Shown one piece after another: positions 53,502 through 54,874 of a stretch of 54,874 nt of DNA (its first letter is position 1; the number at the start of each line of letters is the position of its first letter). The notes under the pieces were generated by a model. The model did not search any database. It saw only the letters and a list, made by a program, of their open reading frames with translations, and had not been told where the DNA came from. Source of the DNA: a bacterium (GTDB lineage Bacteria; Patescibacteriota; Patescibacteriia; HK-STAS-PATE-3); the NCBI GenBank assembly GCA_043800725.1, contig JAZDMR010000023.1:1-54874 (forward strand), read 5' to 3'. The position numbers were made by a program, and so were the translations under genes.

Positions 53502-54874
53502 ATGAGTTTTGTGCATCTTCACGTCCACAGCCACTACAGCCTGCTGGATGGACTTACCAAAATTGATCAACTAGTTGAGCGCGTCAAAAATCTCAACATG
53601 CCCGCAGTCGCTTTAACCGACCACGGTGTTATGTATGGCGCGATTGAATTTTATCAGAAGGCGAAAGCGGCGGGAATCAAACCGATAATCGGAGTCGAAG
53701 CTTACATGGCGCGAAATGGCCGATTTTCCAAACAACCGAAGATTGATGAGAAACCCTATCACCTGATCCTGCTGGCGGAAAACAATGCTGGCTATGCCAA
53801 TCTGATACGCTTAACCACCCAAGCCCACTTGGAAGGTTACTATTACCGGCCTCGGATTGATTGGGAGCTCTTGGAAAAATACCATGAGGGATTGATCGCC
53901 ATGACAGCCTGTATCGGAGGACAAATTCCTTCGCTTATTTTAAATGATGATTTGCCCGAAGCCGAAAAAATGACTGAGAAGTATTTGTCGATTTTCGGCC
54001 AAGACAATTTTTTCTTTGAGCTGCAAAGCCGGCCTACTCTGCCTCAACAAGCCTCAGTCACTGAGGGATTACTCAAGCTAAACCAGAAGTTTAAAGTGCC
54101 TTTGGTGGTTACCAATGACAGCCACTACACTACCAAAGAAGATGCCGACGCTCAGGATATTCTGCTTTGCCTGCAAACCAAGTCAAAAAAAGACGATGAA
54201 AACAGGATGAGCTATTTGGGAGAAGATTATTCCATTCGTCCGCCAGAAGAAATGGCCGGCTTGTTCCCTGATCATCCCGAAGCAGTCGCCAATACGGTAA
54301 AAATCGCCGAGCGATGCAATGTTGAAATTGAGCTGAATAAGATTCACTTGCCTGCCTTTGACGTGCCTGATAATACTAATCCGGAAAAGTATCTCAGAAA
54401 TCTATGCCAAGAGGGGCTGGTCAAACGCTATCCAGACGGACCCAGCTCGGAAGTGTCTCAGCGGCTGGAATACGAGCTATCTATTATTGTAAAAACAGGC
54501 TTTTCGGAATATTTATTAATTGTCCAGGATTTTGTTAACTGGGCCAAGGATAATAATATAGTTGTTGGCCCGGGTCGCGGTTCAGCTGCTTCTAGCTTGG
54601 TCTGTTACTTATTGAATATTACTGATATTGATCCGATAAAATACGAGTTGCTGTTTGAAAGATTTCTCAATCCCGAAAGAGTCACCATGCCTGATATTGA
54701 TACTGACTTTTCTGATTTAAGGCGCGATGAAGTAATCCGCTACACTGAATCAAAATATGGAAAAGATCATGTCGCTCAGATAATCACTTTTGGGACAATG
54801 GCTGCCCGAGCCGCGATCCGAGATGTGGGCAGAGTTTTGGACCATCCTTACCTTTACTGTGACCGGGTGGCCAA
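53502..54874 (+). CDS. dnaE: DNA polymerase III alpha subunit, N-terminal part (runs off the window)
   Basis: ATG at 53502. MSFVHLHVHSHYSLLDG is the PHP-domain signature. The frame stays open to the window end and is absent from the ORF track because there is no stop. Confidence 0.9.
   Translation, partial: MSFVHLHVHSHYSLLDGLTKIDQLVERVKNLNMPAVALTDHGVMYGAIEFYQKAKAAGIKPIIGVEAYMARNGRFSKQPKIDEKPYHLILLAENNAGYANLIRLTTQAHLEGYYYRPRIDWELLEKYHEGLIAMTACIGGQIPSLILNDDLPEAEKMTEKYLSIFGQDNFFFELQSRPTLPQQASVTEGLLKLNQKFKVPLVVTNDSHYTTKEDADAQDILLCLQTKSKKDDENRMSYLGEDYSIRPPEEMAGLFPDHPEAVANTVKIAERCNVEIELNKIHLPAFDVPDNTNPEKYLRNLCQEGLVKRYPDGPSSEVSQRLEYELSIIVKTGFSEYLLIVQDFVNWAKDNNIVVGPGRGSAASSLVCYLLNITDIDPIKYELLFERFLNPERVTMPDIDTDFSDLRRDEVIRYTESKYGKDHVAQIITFGTMAARAAIRDVGRVLDHPYLYCDRVA

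Noticed and set aside
1-54874. CRISPR arrays, rRNA genes and prophage structural genes.
   Set aside because: No regularly spaced direct repeats and no rRNA-like conserved strings were found. No capsid, terminase or tail-like ORFs were seen in any frame.

Overview
This is a 54.9-kb AT-rich bacterial chromosome fragment, with GC judged by eye in the high 30s percent. It carries small, tightly packed genes, mostly on the minus strand. Housekeeping genes include archaeal-type UMP kinase, MltG, Pcm, UppP, UppS, MutM, RarA, TypA, Tsf, S2, L31, L33, L25, RF1 with PrmC, RodA and the N-terminus of DnaE. There is also a sortase with LPXTG-type surface proteins, a heliorhodopsin, two DUF3048 paralogs and many small membrane proteins. 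This repertoire and style suggest a reduced Patescibacteria/CPR-like genome, which is an inference. The standard genetic code applies, because conserved genes end at TGA.

Three things stand out.
1. A structured, non-coding element family of about 115-160 nt. Three full copies each end exactly at the CCA end of a minus-strand tRNA gene (Pro, a Tyr-like fragment, Thr). Truncated copies lie nearby, and many base changes between copies are compensatory.
2. A scrambled tRNA cluster at 41.3-42.8 kb. One tRNA-Tyr gene is split by a 391-bp insert that carries a GIY-YIG nuclease ORF and an intact replacement tRNA-Tyr. The split gene also carries three related GC-rich double-hairpin mini-insertions, in its D-loop, anticodon loop and T-loop. 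tRNA-Pro has a related 5' duplication.
3. A visibly GC-richer island of about 3.8 kb (36.3-40.05 kb), bracketed by an intact but non-canonical tRNA-Trp and a broken tRNA-Trp copy. It encodes a Fic protein, a translationally coupled small Cys/His-rich protein, and an AEP primase-polymerase fused to an SF2 helicase. A possible recombinase remnant lies nearby.

No rRNA genes and no CRISPR arrays were seen. All calls rest on reading the sequence and the ORF translations and on remembered family motifs; no searches were run.
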